Shown piece by piece: positions 13,687 to 27,138 of a DNA stretch of 64,000 bases (position 1 is its first letter; every line of letters begins with the position of its first letter). The notes beneath the pieces were generated by a model, which saw only the letters and a program-made list of their open reading frames with translations, had not been told where the DNA came from and made no database searches. The position numbers and the translations under genes are program-made. The stretch is from Eledone cirrhosa (Eukaryota), in the NCBI GenBank assembly GCA_964016885.1, contig OZ024744.1, positions 71,548,001-71,612,000 of the forward strand. The letters are read 5' to 3'.

Positions 13687-16600
13687 CCTTGAATCTCAGT
13701 CATTGATGTTGGTTAACTGGAAAGTCCGTTGGATTGAATATCAAGCCACTACCTGCAGCCTCAGATATTCAGGACGTATCGGAGGGTTCTTGCTGTTCCA
13801 AGCAAGCATGCCTTTTGAAGCGTTCCAAAAAGCGTGAAGGGGCCGATTTTCTTTAACCATCCCTGGAAACCTTTGGAGATAGTCCCCAGTGCGCCTATGA
13901 CAATCGGGATCACTTTGACTTCATGGCAGTTCCAAATCCTTTTCACCTCCCACTTTAGGTCCTGGTATCGGTTAATTTTCTCCCTCTCCTTCTCTTGCAC
14001 TCTCGTGTCGAACGGGCAGGCCACATCCACAATCAGGCACGATCTTTTTTCTTTGTCCACAACCACCAGGTCAGGTCTATTGTGTTCCAGTTTTTTGTCC
14101 GTCTGTATCCTAAAATCCCACAGCACCTTCACCTGACTGTTCTCCATCACCGCCTCTGGCCTATGCTCATACCATTTCTCAGAATGTGGTAGATTGTTTA
14201 CTTTGCACAGGTGCCAGTGGATCACCCTGCCATCACATCGTGTCTCCAGCCCTTATAGTGGGTCTGGGCTAGATGTTTACACTCGGACACAATGTGAGCC
14301 ACAGTCTCCTCTCTCTCTCCACAGATCCTGCACAGTGGGCTAGCCTCCTCCTTGTAGATATGGTGCTTCAACCACTTCGTTTTGAGGGCCTGCTCCTGCG
14401 CAGCCATTAGCATTCCTTCTGTAGCCTTTTTGAGGTCTCCTCTTCTCAACCAGTTCCATGTCTGTGGATCTCTAAATTCAGTTTTCTCAAAGAAGGTACT
14501 ATGAAGGGATTTTCCCTTAAGGCTGCTCTTCCTCCTTGATGTTATTTCCTCCTTGGATATCCCCTGGCCTACTGTCCCCTCCTTCAGTACAGCTCTGAGC
14601 ATTGGCTCCTTACTATAGGTCACGTATTTGTATAGGTTGTTTTTCTCCATCTGAACACAGTCCTCTATGCTGATAAGACCTCTTCCACCCTCAGATCTCC
14701 TTAGGTAGAGTCTATCGACATCACTCCTCTTGTGGAACATGTTGTAGATAGTCAATAGCTTCCTAGTCTTCCTATCCATTTCTTTTTGTTCAGCAACATT
14801 CCATCTCAGAATTCCCGCACTGTACCTAATAATAGACACAGCTCGGGAATTTACTGCGCTTATGGCATTTCTGCTGTTCAGATGTGACTTCAATACGCTC
14901 CTTACTCTCCGAATGTATTCAGTTCTTAACAATTCCTTCATTTTTTTGTTCTTTATGCCATCAGCCTCCAGAACGCCCAAATACTTGTATCCTTACTCAG
15001 AGTCAATTTCCTTTATCATCTCACCTGTTGGTATCTGGATCCCGTTACTTCTGCTCAACCTACCCCTCCTCATCACAATGACTCCACATTTACCAATACC
15101 AAACTGCATACATATATCACTGCTGAAAATACGGACAGTGTCAACAAGCACATCCAACTCCTTCTCACTTTTCCCGAAGAGCTTAAGATCGTCCATGAAG
15201 AGGAGGTGATTGATGGTAAGCTCTCCCCTTCCCAACTTGTATCCTGCTCTCACTTTTCGCAGCATAATGGTCAAGGGCATCAGGGCAAGGACAAACAACA
15301 GAGGGGACAGGCTATCTCCCTGGAAGATACCTCTCTTGATCTTCACGCTTCCCAAGGATACTCCAGTTGATGTCAACTCTGTCTCCCAGGACCCCATACT
15401 CCTGCCCAGCAACTGTCTGATGTTATCTGCCACCCCGAAGATCTCCAGGCTTTTGGTGATCCAGGAATGAGGCACCATGTCAAATGCCTTTCTGTAGTCT
15501 ATCCATCCCATGGCAAGATCAGTGTGTCTCCTCCTGCAATTCCCCATTACCATCTTATCAATAAGCAACTGGTCCTTTGTACCACGTGACTTCTTTCGGC
15601 ATCCTTTCTGTTCGTCCGGCAACAAGTTGTTTGTGTGGAGGTGATGGTAGATTTCCTCAGACACAATGCTCGTCAACAGTTTCCACATTACGGGCAGACA
15701 TGTGATAGGTCTATAGTTGGTAACATCATTACCCTTGATTCGGTCTTTCATTATCAGAACTGTGGTACCTTTTGTCAACCACTCTGGCACCTCACCCGAC
15801 ACCAAGCAGTCATTGAACATGGTCGTCAGCTTCGGGTGGAGGGATGTTAAATGTTTAATCCAATACCCCTGCACACCATCTGGGCCTGGTGATTTCCAGT
15901 TGGTTAGTTTTTTGGCTTGCCCCTTAAGAGTTTCAACTGTGATACTCAAATCAGTCTGTTGCTGTGCCTGCTCACCGATCTCCCTCTGTACTGTCTCAAT
16001 CCACCCTGCCTGGGCATTGTGTCTAACATCCTGCTCCCATATTCCTCTCCAGAATGTTTTAGCTTGTTCCGCCCCAGGGATCAAGTCGTTGCCTCTTTCT
16101 TTCCCCTCAAGCTGTCCAAACAGCATCTTCTGGTTGTTGTCGAACATGCGGTTCTGTTTATACTGACTGACTCTGTTCTCGTATCGCCTGATTTTGGCAC
16201 TCTTTGCTACAATGCGTTGCTTCAATTCCTCTATGATAATATTTAGCTTTTTACTCCTAGTTTTGTATTTTATTTCCAGTCTATTTTTAGTGCCTATGTT
16301 TTTTAGTGTCCCATTCAGTAGTGACTCAAGCTTTCCTATGTCATTTCTCATTTCCCCGATTTGCCCACTCAGTCGCTTCTTCCACCACGGCTCTGCTCTT
16401 TCTTGTCTGTTGTTTCCTCTCGCTTTTATACCAAGTAGTTTCCTCACCGTATTTGCTGTTGCTTTGAGGATATTGTTGCACTGGTGAAGACTCCTCGCCT
16501 CAAGGTATGGGATGACTTTGTTTACCTTAGCTGTTGTTTCTTTTAACTTTTTCCTGTCTACAAATCTTAGGTTCATAGGTCTCCCACTATCATTGTTCAA

Positions 16601-17280
16601 CTCATCTACCACTAAATTTAGGATGTCAACCGAATCTTGTCCTAGCCCGTCAGCATTCATCTCCTCAGTGGCCGTATCTCTGTTCCAGGTATTATTTATC
16701 TCAGTATTCAGATCATTGTCTGCTTCGGGTGGTTCCTCCGTTCTCAGGACCTCCTCACCTTCATTTCCCGCCGGCTCGCTTGTCTGGCATACTACACCCG
16801 CCATCCCCAAGCCATTCTCTCTGCTCAGTTCCTCCAGTTCCAGCTCGCTTATCCACCCATTAGTTCTTATTACCCGAGCCTGCCCGGCCAATTTTTGTTC
16901 ATCTAATTTAAATAAACCAATCTCGTTCCAGATGTTATGCATCCGTCTCCTGTAGCCCCTCTCCTTGGGGTTACTTTTCAGGTAGCATTGCATAACAGTT
17001 CTATTCAATTCTTTCGTCCAGTTGGTTCTGGCCCCTTTCCTTCTTCTTCTTCCTCCAACATCAGCAGTATTTGGTTGACAGTCAGGTTCCTGCTGCTGAG
17101 CCAGGGGGCACCTGTTGGGTGAGAGTCTGTCACATGACGTTCTAGTCTCCATTTCACCGTTATTCGAACTGTTTATGTTCGATATTTAAACACTCTTATC
17201 GAGGATTGGCGAATGTATGTTTACATAGCCATCTGTGGATCCGCCATCTCAATTGGCCCTTGTGTGGCATTATCACCACT
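13687..17280 (-). mobile_element. R4/Dong family D1, copy with the whole coding region (5' boundary uncertain)
   Basis: Single-ORF architecture of N-terminal domain, RT, CCHC and REL. The 3' end abuts (AAT)n on its own strand. Confidence 0.9.
13761..17152 (-). pseudogene. Dong ORF (RT plus restriction-like endonuclease) broken by one stop (14993) and one frameshift (~14225)
   Basis: ORFs 14993-17152, 14222-14980 and 13761-14225. Motifs WTKELN..MQCY..GYRRRM..EQKLAGQ, FMDD, CRICGEREETVAHIVSEC, RHD, RPD..DVACP. Confidence 0.88.
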
Positions 17281-17289
17281 CTGTATACG

Positions 17290-18543
17290 GACACACATAA
17301 ACAAACAAACACACGGGCAGAAAGGGCCCCAAAAATGAATAAGCATAAGTTTCATTGTAATGTAGTATTCGAATGTCTGACTTAGTTTTTGTTTTTTAAG
17401 TTTTACTTTTTCCCCCCTCTTCTCTGTCCGTCCGCCTGCTTCTCTCTTCATTCTTATTTTCTTTACGTTTTTGGGGTTTCTTTTTTTGTTTTTGTTTTTC
17501 TCTGTTTGTTTTTCTCGTTTTTTGCTGTTGTTGCTGTGCTGCTTTTGTTGTTTGTTTTTTCTTTTTTCTTTCTTCTTTTGAGTCTATCTATATATTTTGA
17601 TGCCTTCCTCTTTGTTAGTAGTAGGAATTCTATAATGTGGAAGTGGCAGCCAGCAGAGACTGGCGGCGTTGGCGATACTGAGACAGTGGTGGTGGTGATG
17701 TCGATACCGAGGCAGTGGTGGCGGTGATGCGACCGTATTACTGTAGTGATGGTGCTGTAGCGGTGGCAGCAGCAGTGAAGGAGTCAAGGGGTGGTGGCGG
17801 CGGTGATGGGATAGTGGTGGTAATGATGGCCGTAGTGAGCGGTGGCGGTGAAGGTGAAAATGCTGTTGTGTTTAGTGTACACAGATGATGGGGTGGGTGG
17901 TGTATCTAGTTTCTGGTGTTGGTGAGTTTCGCTGTCCTATATAGTGTAGCCAGAGGAGAGGAGGGGGGGGGTCTTCTTCTTCCATTTATAGCCATTTTTT
18001 TTTTTTTTTTTGGATATACAGTGTACAATACAAAGTTGAATATTTGAATATTTGAGCCGTATTACTGTAGTGATGGTGCTGTAGCGGTGGCAGCAGCAGT
18101 GAAGGAGTCAAGGGGTGGTGGCGGCGGTGATGGGATAGTGGTGGTAATGATGGCCGTAGTGAGCGGTGGCGGTGAAGGTGAAAATGCTGTTGTGTTTAGT
18201 GTACACAGATGATGGGGTGGGTGGTGTATCTAGTTTCTGGTGTTGGTGAGTTTAGCTGTCCTATATAGTGTAGCCAGAGGAGAGGAGGGGGGGGGGGTTC
18301 TTCTTCTTCCATTTATAGCCATTTTTTTTTGGATATACAGTGTACAATACAAAGTTGAATATTTGAATATTTGAGCCTTATAACAATATATTTTGGGTCC
18401 GAATTTTTTTGGGGCTCAAGCCGGGTGCTTTACGTAGCATTTGTACTAAGAGTTGTTATTTCACAAATGATTTAAATATGTTAAAAATTCAAAACTTACG
18501 GGAGCGATTTCATGACCTCCGTCACCTCGTGCGTCTTCTTCCC
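17290..18543 (-). mobile_element. Probable degenerate Tx1-type 5'UTR and ORF1 start (segment E)
   Basis: On - it begins GGG after (TTA)8. It carries CAAATATTCAACTTTGT and an A-run-ATGGC like the other Tx1 leaders, followed by Pro/Thr- and Lys/Asn-type low-complexity sequence. No long ORF. Confidence 0.45.
17733..18375. repeat. Tandem duplication of a ~320-bp unit (17733-18056, 18057-18375)
   Basis: Copies are near-identical and differ mainly in G- and T-run lengths. Confidence 0.92.
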
Positions 18544-18566
18544 TAATAATAATAATAATAATAATA

Positions 18567-18606
<40 letters not shown>
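18544..18606. repeat. Palindromic microsatellite (TAA)8(TTA)13
   Basis: Read directly from the sequence. Confidence 0.95.
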
Positions 18607-18607
<1 letters not shown>

Positions 18608-19201
18608 ATGCCATGGTTGGCGGAGGCTCGGCTCTGTAAGGTATTGTAATTTTTAACCGTTATAACCATTGTAAATTGTTTAAAACTTGAACCAAATTGT
18701 AGATAAAGACACGCTCCTCCTCGCAAGAGGGGTCTTTCTGCCCGTTATTTGGCCCTTCGGGGATAAATAACCAGTTATTGGGGATCTGTGCCCAATATTC
18801 ATTTTAAACCGTAAAAAAACATGGCTACAAAAAAGAATTTTCACAAGTCATTCCCACTCCTTCCGTCTTCTTCCCCAATCGTCATTACGTCACAGAAAAG
18901 ATTGTCTCTCTCCCTCCCTTCTCTAAATGTGGTGTCGCCTCTGTCGCCTCTTTCGCAAGCGACGCCATTAAAGAAAAAGAAAATTGTAGTTTCTCGTAGC
19001 GTTCTTCATCAAAAGAACGCGCGTACCGTGGAACATTTCTCCACGACAACGACAAGGAAAGATGTGTGCGGTAAATACGGAAAGCCATTTCATTCGTCTG
19101 ACGTCATGAAGAATAGCAGCAGCAGCCGTAATAACAGCTGCAGCAGCAACAGTGGCGAGAAAAATACTAGTAACAGCCGAAACAACATCAGCAGCAGCAT
19201 A

Positions 19202-19232
<31 letters not shown>

Positions 19233-22200
19233 ACATCAGCAGGAGTATAAACAATAACAACAGCAGCAACAACAACAGCAGCAGCAGAAGCAGCAGCAAC
19301 AGCAGCAACAGCAGCAACAGCAACAACAACAGCAACAGCGGCGGCGGCGATCGTAGTACGAGTAGCAACACCAAAAGTAACAGCAGCTCTGACGACAACA
19401 ACAACAAGAAAGAAAAACCAATCTCATTTGCAGATATCGCAAAGCACCTGGAAACCATCCTTATAACAAATGAGGAATTACAAGCAACGAAGATGGTGAC
19501 GAAAACTGGACACCGAGCAATCTGCAAGGCAGCCGAAGAAATTTTCGAAACTCAACAGCACTGTACGGTCACGTACCGTACAGTAAGCACAAAATCACGT
19601 AGGGTTGAAAGAGCCACAGAGGCTCAAATACAAAAAGCCTTAGGGTCTGTGTGGCAGCGGAAAACACATATCACCCGAGGCAAGAAATATGCCACCGTGG
19701 ACGTGCTTTTTGCCACACCCCAGGAGGCAAAGGCTCAATCCTTAGTAACCCTAAGGAGCGAGGAAATGGTGTTGGTGCCCTCCTACTACGGGCAAAAAAT
19801 TGTGAGGGTCAAACTGTCCTAAGTCACCCCCCCCCCCCCCGGGATGGCCCCTTCTTTGCTGGCCGCGTCTGTCCTCGTCGGAATCGAGGACAAAACAACC
19901 GTACTGCAAGTACAGAAAAAAGTACGAGAAGATTGGGTAGGCGCCTCTTTTGAGATGTTAATTCAAACCAACCAGGAGTGCATCGAAGCTATCCCGGATG
20001 TGATGGACTTCGATAAAGGCACTCAACTTCCCAGAAGTGTTGAGGGCAAACGCCCGAAATGCTTTCGCTGTGGGTCGAAGAATCACCTCAAGGCCTTCTG
20101 TAATGAGAAGACCATGAGAAAGGAGAAAATCCCCCTTCGAAACCGGCTCCACTGCTACCAGCAACAGGACAGGCGGCAAGCAGGAAGGATAGGTCCGTGG
20201 CACCCGTATCCACGCCACCGAAATCAAGAACAGCAGCAGCAGTGGAAGTATTAACAACAACAACAGTAATACCAACTGCAGCTGCAACAGAGACTCCACT
20301 GCAAACATCACCAACAAGAACAAGTGAAAGAGTGGAGCTGGTACCCCTCCCCGACCTCACAGAATCGGACATGGAGTGTGAGGTGAGAGAGGGATGGCAA
20401 AAGGTCACAAGAAGACACAAACGCAAAAGCAGCGCATCGTCGCCTTCGAAAAGGGAGGGAGGAAATGAAAAAAAGGGTAAAGGCTACTACAAAGAGACTT
20501 ACAGCAGCAACACCACCAACACCATTACCACCAACACTAGCACTACCATTACCACCGGCGGAAACCCCACCGCCAACAACAACAACACCTTCAACAACAC
20601 CATCACAAGCATCAACATCGCAAACACACAACAACAATACACACACACACCCAGCAACAACGACAAGAAAATAGCAGAACCACACGCCACCCTCAGGAAA
20701 AGAAATGCACAGCAATAAATACACACAAGAAACTAATGACTTACATAATTGAACACACAGACATTTCACAGCACGACTACATAATACCAGCACCAATCAA
20801 AACACCAACGAACATAAGACTGGTAAGAATATCACAGAAACAATACACAAACATTAAAATGAAATTCCCAAACGCAGTTGGTGATTTCAGAGACCTAGGA
20901 GGGACACTCAACTGGAGAGTATGCTCGGATATACTCACAGAAGAGCCGACGACTAGCCGAAGGGACGATTTAACGGTCCCTTCGGCTGTGATCCTTTCTC
21001 ACTTACCCTGTTCCTCACCCAACATGGCCGTATTCAGGATCGGAAGTGTAAACGTGCGTGGCTTGAGCTCGGTTTGGAAGCAGGGTCACTTGCTTAACGA
21101 CCTCAGGTCACTAAACATAGATGTGGTGGCCATCAGCGAGACGAGAATCTCCGAAACGCAAGCTTTCGCACTATTCTTCGACGGTTACGAGGTATACGAA
21201 TCTCCGATCCGTCCGGGAGCGGGGCAGAGTGGCTGTGTTGTTTCGGACCATTCGCACCATCTACCCGGACCCAGAAGGTAAGTCGGTGGTGCTGGACGTG
21301 ACCGGTACCGAAAGGGACGCTTTCAGCCTAGTAGCCGTCTATTCCCCGATAGGGACAGGACGGCCAGATTTCTTTAGAGGTCTAGAGACCTCTCTTGGAA
21401 CGTCCCGCTCTTTAGTGTTAGTGGGCGACTGGAACGGTATCTTGGATGCACGCTGGAATTGTGTGGAGCTAGTGGATAGGGGAGGAGGGTGCAAGAGCCT
21501 CACCAACCTGCTCAGACGTTTTGAACAGTCTGACAGGTATCGACTAGATCACCCGAATGTGCCAATGTGGATATGGCCAAACCGCATCGGGTCATCCAGA
21601 TCGTATCTCGATAGGGTATTCTGCAGAGAACTACATAAGGCTAGTATAAGTTGTCCACAATTTAAAAGAGTCGACTACACAGACTACAAATTTGTGATCT
21701 GTGAGATCAACATAGACAGACTTCATAGACAAGGACCCGGTTACTGGAAGCTGAACGCGTCTTTCCCGGTGCGCAAAGCCTACAGAGACTGGATTAGCGT
21801 ATTAGTTAAGCGGGCGTTGACGGGAGCGGTCGTCAACAACAGGTGGTGGTTCGCCCTGAAAAGGGCAATTAAAGTAGAGTCGATTAGGTTTAGCAAAGGA
21901 CTAGTGATAGAGGAAAATAGAGTAGAGGGAGAGCTAGTCAGAAAGCTAGAAGAGGCGTTTAGGACAGGCATCGCAACCGACGTGCTTGCGGCGATATTGG
22001 CACTCGACCAATTCTTCAACGCAAAACACGAAATCTGCGTTGTCAGAGCTAGAGCGCGTGCTCTGAAACACGAGGGGACAAAAGCCGTCCGATGGGCCCG
22101 GGTGGCAGAGGCGCGACGTGGCAACAAAGCCACAATTCGATCCTTATCTGACCCAAACGGGCGCATGCTGCTCGAACCCGAGCAGATGTGTGAAGCTTTT

Positions 22201-24612
22201 CAGCAGCACTTTGCTGAACTTTTCGGTAGCAGCGGCGGGCCGGATCGGGATATGGACTTCAGTGCATACCTCGACGAATTGCCTCGGCTCTCTACGACCG
22301 CAGCACAGTGTTGCGAAAAGCCAATAACAGCCGGTGAAATACTGGAAGCGATGGCTAAATGCACGAGGGGTAAACCGCCAGGTTTGGATGGTCTGCCTAC
22401 GAGCTTTATGCATTTATGCCAGACTTGTTCGGTGACCTCTTGGCAGACGTCTACTGCAACTGGCAGCAGAACGGGAGCATTCCAAGTTTTGTGAGCCGGA
22501 GAGCGGTGACGCTACTGAGAAAAGACCCGAACAAGGGGGATGTTATCGATAACTTCAGGCCGATAACCCTGCTAAACGCAGAGTTCAAGATTTTGGCCAA
22601 GATGTTAGCAACGAGGGTGGGGCTTGTCGTCAAAGGTCTGGTGGGAGAGGCGCAGACATGCGCCATTCCGGACAGATCAGTACACGACAACCTGCACCTC
22701 ATGCGATACATCATAGAGAGGGTGGTTAAGGAACCTGGCACGGGTGGGGCCCTGATCAACTTGGATCAATCCAAAGCATTCAATAGGGTCGACTACGGTA
22801 CCCGGCGGCGGTCCTCGAGGCAGCCGGTTTCGGGCCCTTTTTCAGCGACTTCTGCTCAGTTGTGAGGGTGAACGGTCGCAGCAGTTCAGCATCATGCGCT
22901 CGCTCCGCCAGGGTTGTCCCCTCTCGCGCCTCTTGTACGTATTGGCTCTCGAGCCGTTACTGCACAAACTGGGGGCGATGAGGGCCGTCCCATGTGAACT
23001 AGGATGCGGGAAATCCGAGTCGGCTTACGCTGACGACATAACCATGTTGGTGTGGAGCACGAGACACGTCCAGATGCTCGGCACCGCTCTCAAGGAATAC
23101 GAAGCGGTGACAGGAGCAAAGATAAACTAGGAAACTTCGGTGGGCTTGCAACTCGGCACCTGGAGAGGCAAATCCATGCCGTCCGACAGCGTCATGGGGC
23201 GTTGGACGGATGGACCGGTTAAATTGGTCGGGGTCTGGTTCGGACCAGACCTCCAGATGGAGAAAAACTGGAACGAGGTGACGAGCAAAGTGGCCTCCCT
23301 CACCCAGAAATGGGCCAAGAGGAAGCCCCGGCCCAACTCTCACCAAAATGGAACGCATCCTCTTTCGCTTTTTGTGGAAGGGACGCGCTCCCATGGTCAG
23401 ACGATTCATATGCTGTCAACACCCGTTGCGTGGAGGACTGGGCATGCCATGGTTGATGATGCGCAAACATGCGCTGAGGCTGCGACATCTCTGGTGCTTC
23501 CTTGACGGTGAACATTTGTAGGGACTGTTCGCTAGACACGTTTTCCCACAGCTCGTCTCCTTGACGGTGCTGTAGTCCTGGGTCAGGAAAATACCGAGGG
23601 AAACTGGAATGTCTCCAGGCGCTCACTGCCCTCTGCCAGCTGGGCACCAGTATCGTTGGAACATCCACCTTGGCGTTCTATAGAGGACTAGTGGAGGGGA
23701 AGAGCGACGACGTTCTCGGAGAGATCTGGGCGTCGAAGAAGATCAGCAGTTTGCTCTCTTCCGGAGAACTTTCAGCTCAGGGCCTTTGGATAACTTCCAA
23801 AAATTCCTGGCCTGGCAGTGCTACCGGGGAGCGTTGCCGGTTCGAGATAAGCTCTACAGGCACGGAAGTGCCGTCAGCCGAGCCTGTCCGAGATGCGCGC
23901 AGAGTGACGAAACCGTCGTGCACGCACTCGTTCAATGTCCGAGCATTGCTGACTTGTGGAGCTATGTCGAACAGTTGCTGTTGCATGTAGGACTGATCCG
24001 GTTATCGACTGAGTCCATTGTGCAGATGGTCTCGCCGTCTTCCTCCGAGGAGGAAGGGCAGGCGGTTTTCATCTGCCCGGTGGCCATAGCGAAAGAGATT
24101 GTGTGGTGGACAAGGTTGAAATGGTTAAAGACAGACACTTTCCTCTTCAGCGAATCTCTAATTAACTCTTTCAAGTTTCACTTGAAAAGGAAAATCAGGG
24201 TGGAGAGGGAAGTGCTGCCTTCCTGCAAGTTTGTTGAAAGGTGGGTGAATGTAGCGAGAATGGTCCGAGTGAACGGGACCGCTCTGAATATACGCCTGTA
24301 GTTTGAGAAATGGAAAAATTGAGAGAGCGCGCTTGCCCTGGTGGTCAGGGTGGCCGTGGTCATTTGTGTGGTTTTCGACACGAGTAACTCTCGGAGATCT
24401 CCCCCCTATTGGGGAATTTTTCATTGTTTCAATTTTCATTTTTATTGTTTCTATATATATATGTTTCTATGTCTTTTTCTTTTTCTTATATAAATAATAA
24501 AAATCTTTACACGCACAAAACCCACATCGCACCGTCCTGTACCGTCCTGTACCGTCCTGTGCCGCCTGTAATGTTTTTCTTGATGTCAGCCCTTGTGGCC
24601 AATAAAGAAATC
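18607..24612 (+). mobile_element. Full-length degenerate Tx1 copy A2
   Basis: ORF1 from 18821 and ORF2 from ~21024, both with stops or frameshifts. Ends AATAAAGAAATC plus (ATT)n at 24613-24650. Confidence 0.92.
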
Positions 24613-24615
24613 ATT

Positions 24616-24646
<31 letters not shown>

Positions 24647-24650
24647 TTGT

Positions 24651-26863
24651 TCTTTGAGTCTCAGTTATTGATGTTATTTAACTGGAACGTTTGTTGAAAT
24701 GAATATCAAGCCACTACCTGCAGCCTCAGATATTCAGGACGTATCGGAGGGTTCTTGCTGTTCCCAGCAAGCATAACTTTTGAAGTGTTCCAAAAAGCGG
24801 GGCGGGACCAATTTTCTTTAACCATCCTTGGAAACTCTTTGAGATAGTACCTAGTGCGCCTATGACAATTGGGACCACTTTTTACCTCCCACTTTAAGTC
24901 CTGGTATAGGTTAATTTTCTCCCTCTCCTTCTCTTGCACTCTCGTGTCGAATGGGCAGGCTACATCCACAATCAGGCACGATCTTTTTCCCTTGTCCAAA
25001 ACCACTAGGTCAGGTCTATTGTGTTCCAGTTTCATGTCCGTCTGTATCCTAAAATCCCACAGCACCTTCACCTGATCGTTTTCCATCACCGACTCTGGCT
25101 TATGCTCCTACCACTTCTCAGAATGTGGTAAATTGTTTACTTTGCACAGGTGCCAGTGGATCACCCTGCCCATCAGATCATGTCTCCAGCCTTTATAGTG
25201 AGTCTGGGCTAGGTGTTTACACTCGGATACAATGTGAGCCACAGTCTCCTCTCGCTCTCCACAGATCCTACACAGTGGGCTAGCCTCCTCCTTGTAAATA
25301 TGGTGTTTCAGCCACTTCGTTTTGAGGGCCTGCTCTTGCGCACCCATTAGCATTCCTTCTTTTTAAGCTCTCCTCTTTTCAACCAGTTCCATGACTGTGG
25401 ATCTCTAAATTCAGTTTTCTCAAAGATGGTACTATGAAGGGATTTTTCATGAAGGTTGCTCTTTCTCCTTCTTGTTATTTCCTCCTTGGATATCCCCTGG
25501 TCTATTGTCCTCTCCTTCAGTACAATTCTGAGCATTGGCTCCTTACTATCAGTCACATATTTGTGTAGGTTGCCTTTCTCCATCTGAACGCAGTCTTCTA
25601 TGCTGATAAGACCTCTTCCACCTTCAGATCTCTTTAAGTAGAGTCTATCGACATCACTCCTCTTGTGGAACATGTTGTAGATAGTCAATAGCTTCCTAGT
25701 CTTCCTATCCATTTCTTTTTGTTCGGCAACATTCCATCTCAGAATTCCCGCACTGTACCTAATAATAGACACAGCTCGGGAATTTACTGCGCTTATGGCA
25801 TTTCTGCTGTTCAGATGTGACTTCAATACGCTCCTTACTCTCCGAATGTATTCAGATCTTATCAATTCCTTCATTTTTTTGTTCTTGATGTCATCAGCCT
25901 CCAGAACACCTAAATATTGTATCCTTCTTCAGTATCAATTTCCTTTATCATCTCACCTGTTGGTACCTGGATTCCGTTGCTTCTGCTCAATTTACCCATC
26001 TTCATCACAAGGACTCCACACTTACTAATACCAAATTGCATACACATATCATTGCTGAAAATACGGACAGTGTTAACAAGCACACCCAACTCCTTCTCAC
26101 TCTTCCCGAAGAGCTTAAGATCGTCCATGAAGAGGAGGTGATTGATGGTAAGCTCTCCTTTCCCAACTTGTATCCTGCTCTCACTTTTCGCAGTATAATG
26201 GTCAAGGGGATCAGGGCAAGGACAAACAACAGAGGGGACAAACTATCTCCTTGGAAGATACCTCTCTTGATCTTCACGCCTCCCAAGGATTCTCCAGCTG
26301 ATGTTAACTCTGATTTCCAGGACTTCATACTTTTGCCCAACAACTGTCTGATGTTATGTGCCACCCTGAAGATATCTAGGCTTTTGGTTATCCAAGAATG
26401 AGGTACCATGTCGAATGTCTTTTTGTACTCTATCCATCCCATGGCAAGACCAGTGTGTCTCCTCTTGCAATTCCTCATTACCATCTTATCAATAAGTAAC
26501 TGGTCCTTTGTACCACGGGACTTCTTTCGGCATCCTTTCTGTTCGTCCGGTAACAAGTTGTTTGTGTGGAGGTGATGGTACATTTCCTCAGACATAATGC
26601 TTGTTAACAGTTTCCACATTACGGACAGACATGTGATAGGTCTATAGTTGGTAACATCATTACCCTTGATTCGGTCTTTCATTATCAGAACTGTGGTACC
26701 TTTTGTCAACCACTCTGGTACCTCACCTGACATCAAGTAGTCATTGAACATGGTTGTCAGTTTCGGGTGGAAGGATGCTATATTTTTAATCCAATATCCC
26801 TGCACACCATCTGGGCCTGGTGATTTTCAGTTGGTTAGTTTTCTGGCCTGCCCCGTAAGAGTT
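24651..26863 (-). mobile_element. R4/Dong family D1, 5'-truncated degenerate copy
   Basis: Collinear with ~13690-15932; RT and REL ORF fragments; (TTA)n at 26862-26880. Confidence 0.9.
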
Positions 26864-26880
26864 ATTATTATTATTATTAT

Positions 26881-27099
26881 AAGGCGGTGGATTGGCAGTA
26901 TCGGTAGAGGGTCGGACGCCATGCATTGACGCATAGAGTTACGGCCCTTGCCATTCTGAGTTCAAATCCCGCCAAGGTTAACTTTGCCTTTCATCCTTAC
27001 GGGGTCGATAAAATAAAGTACCAGTAATACACTGGGTAATTGCTGGCCTTGTGCCTAACGTAGAAACAATTTGCTGGCCTTGTGCCTAAAGTAGAAACA

Positions 27100-27100
<1 letters not shown>
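26881..27100 (+). mobile_element. Full-length tRNA-derived SINE with duplicated 3'-terminal ~30 bp
   Basis: A-box-like TGGCAGTATCGG and B-box-like GAGTTCAAATCC. TTGCTGGCCTTGTGCCTAAnGTAGAAACAAT occurs twice. (ATT)n tail to 27138. Confidence 0.85.

Positions 27101-27138
<38 letters not shown>

Noticed and set aside
19826-19841. Poly-C expansions in ORF1 of A2 and A3 as programmed frameshifts
   Set aside because: Both copies have many other lesions; slippage or sequencing error is sufficient.
26881-26975. tRNA gene
   Set aside because: A/B boxes are present, but I found no cloverleaf and it continues into a repeated body and ATT tail, so it is a SINE head.
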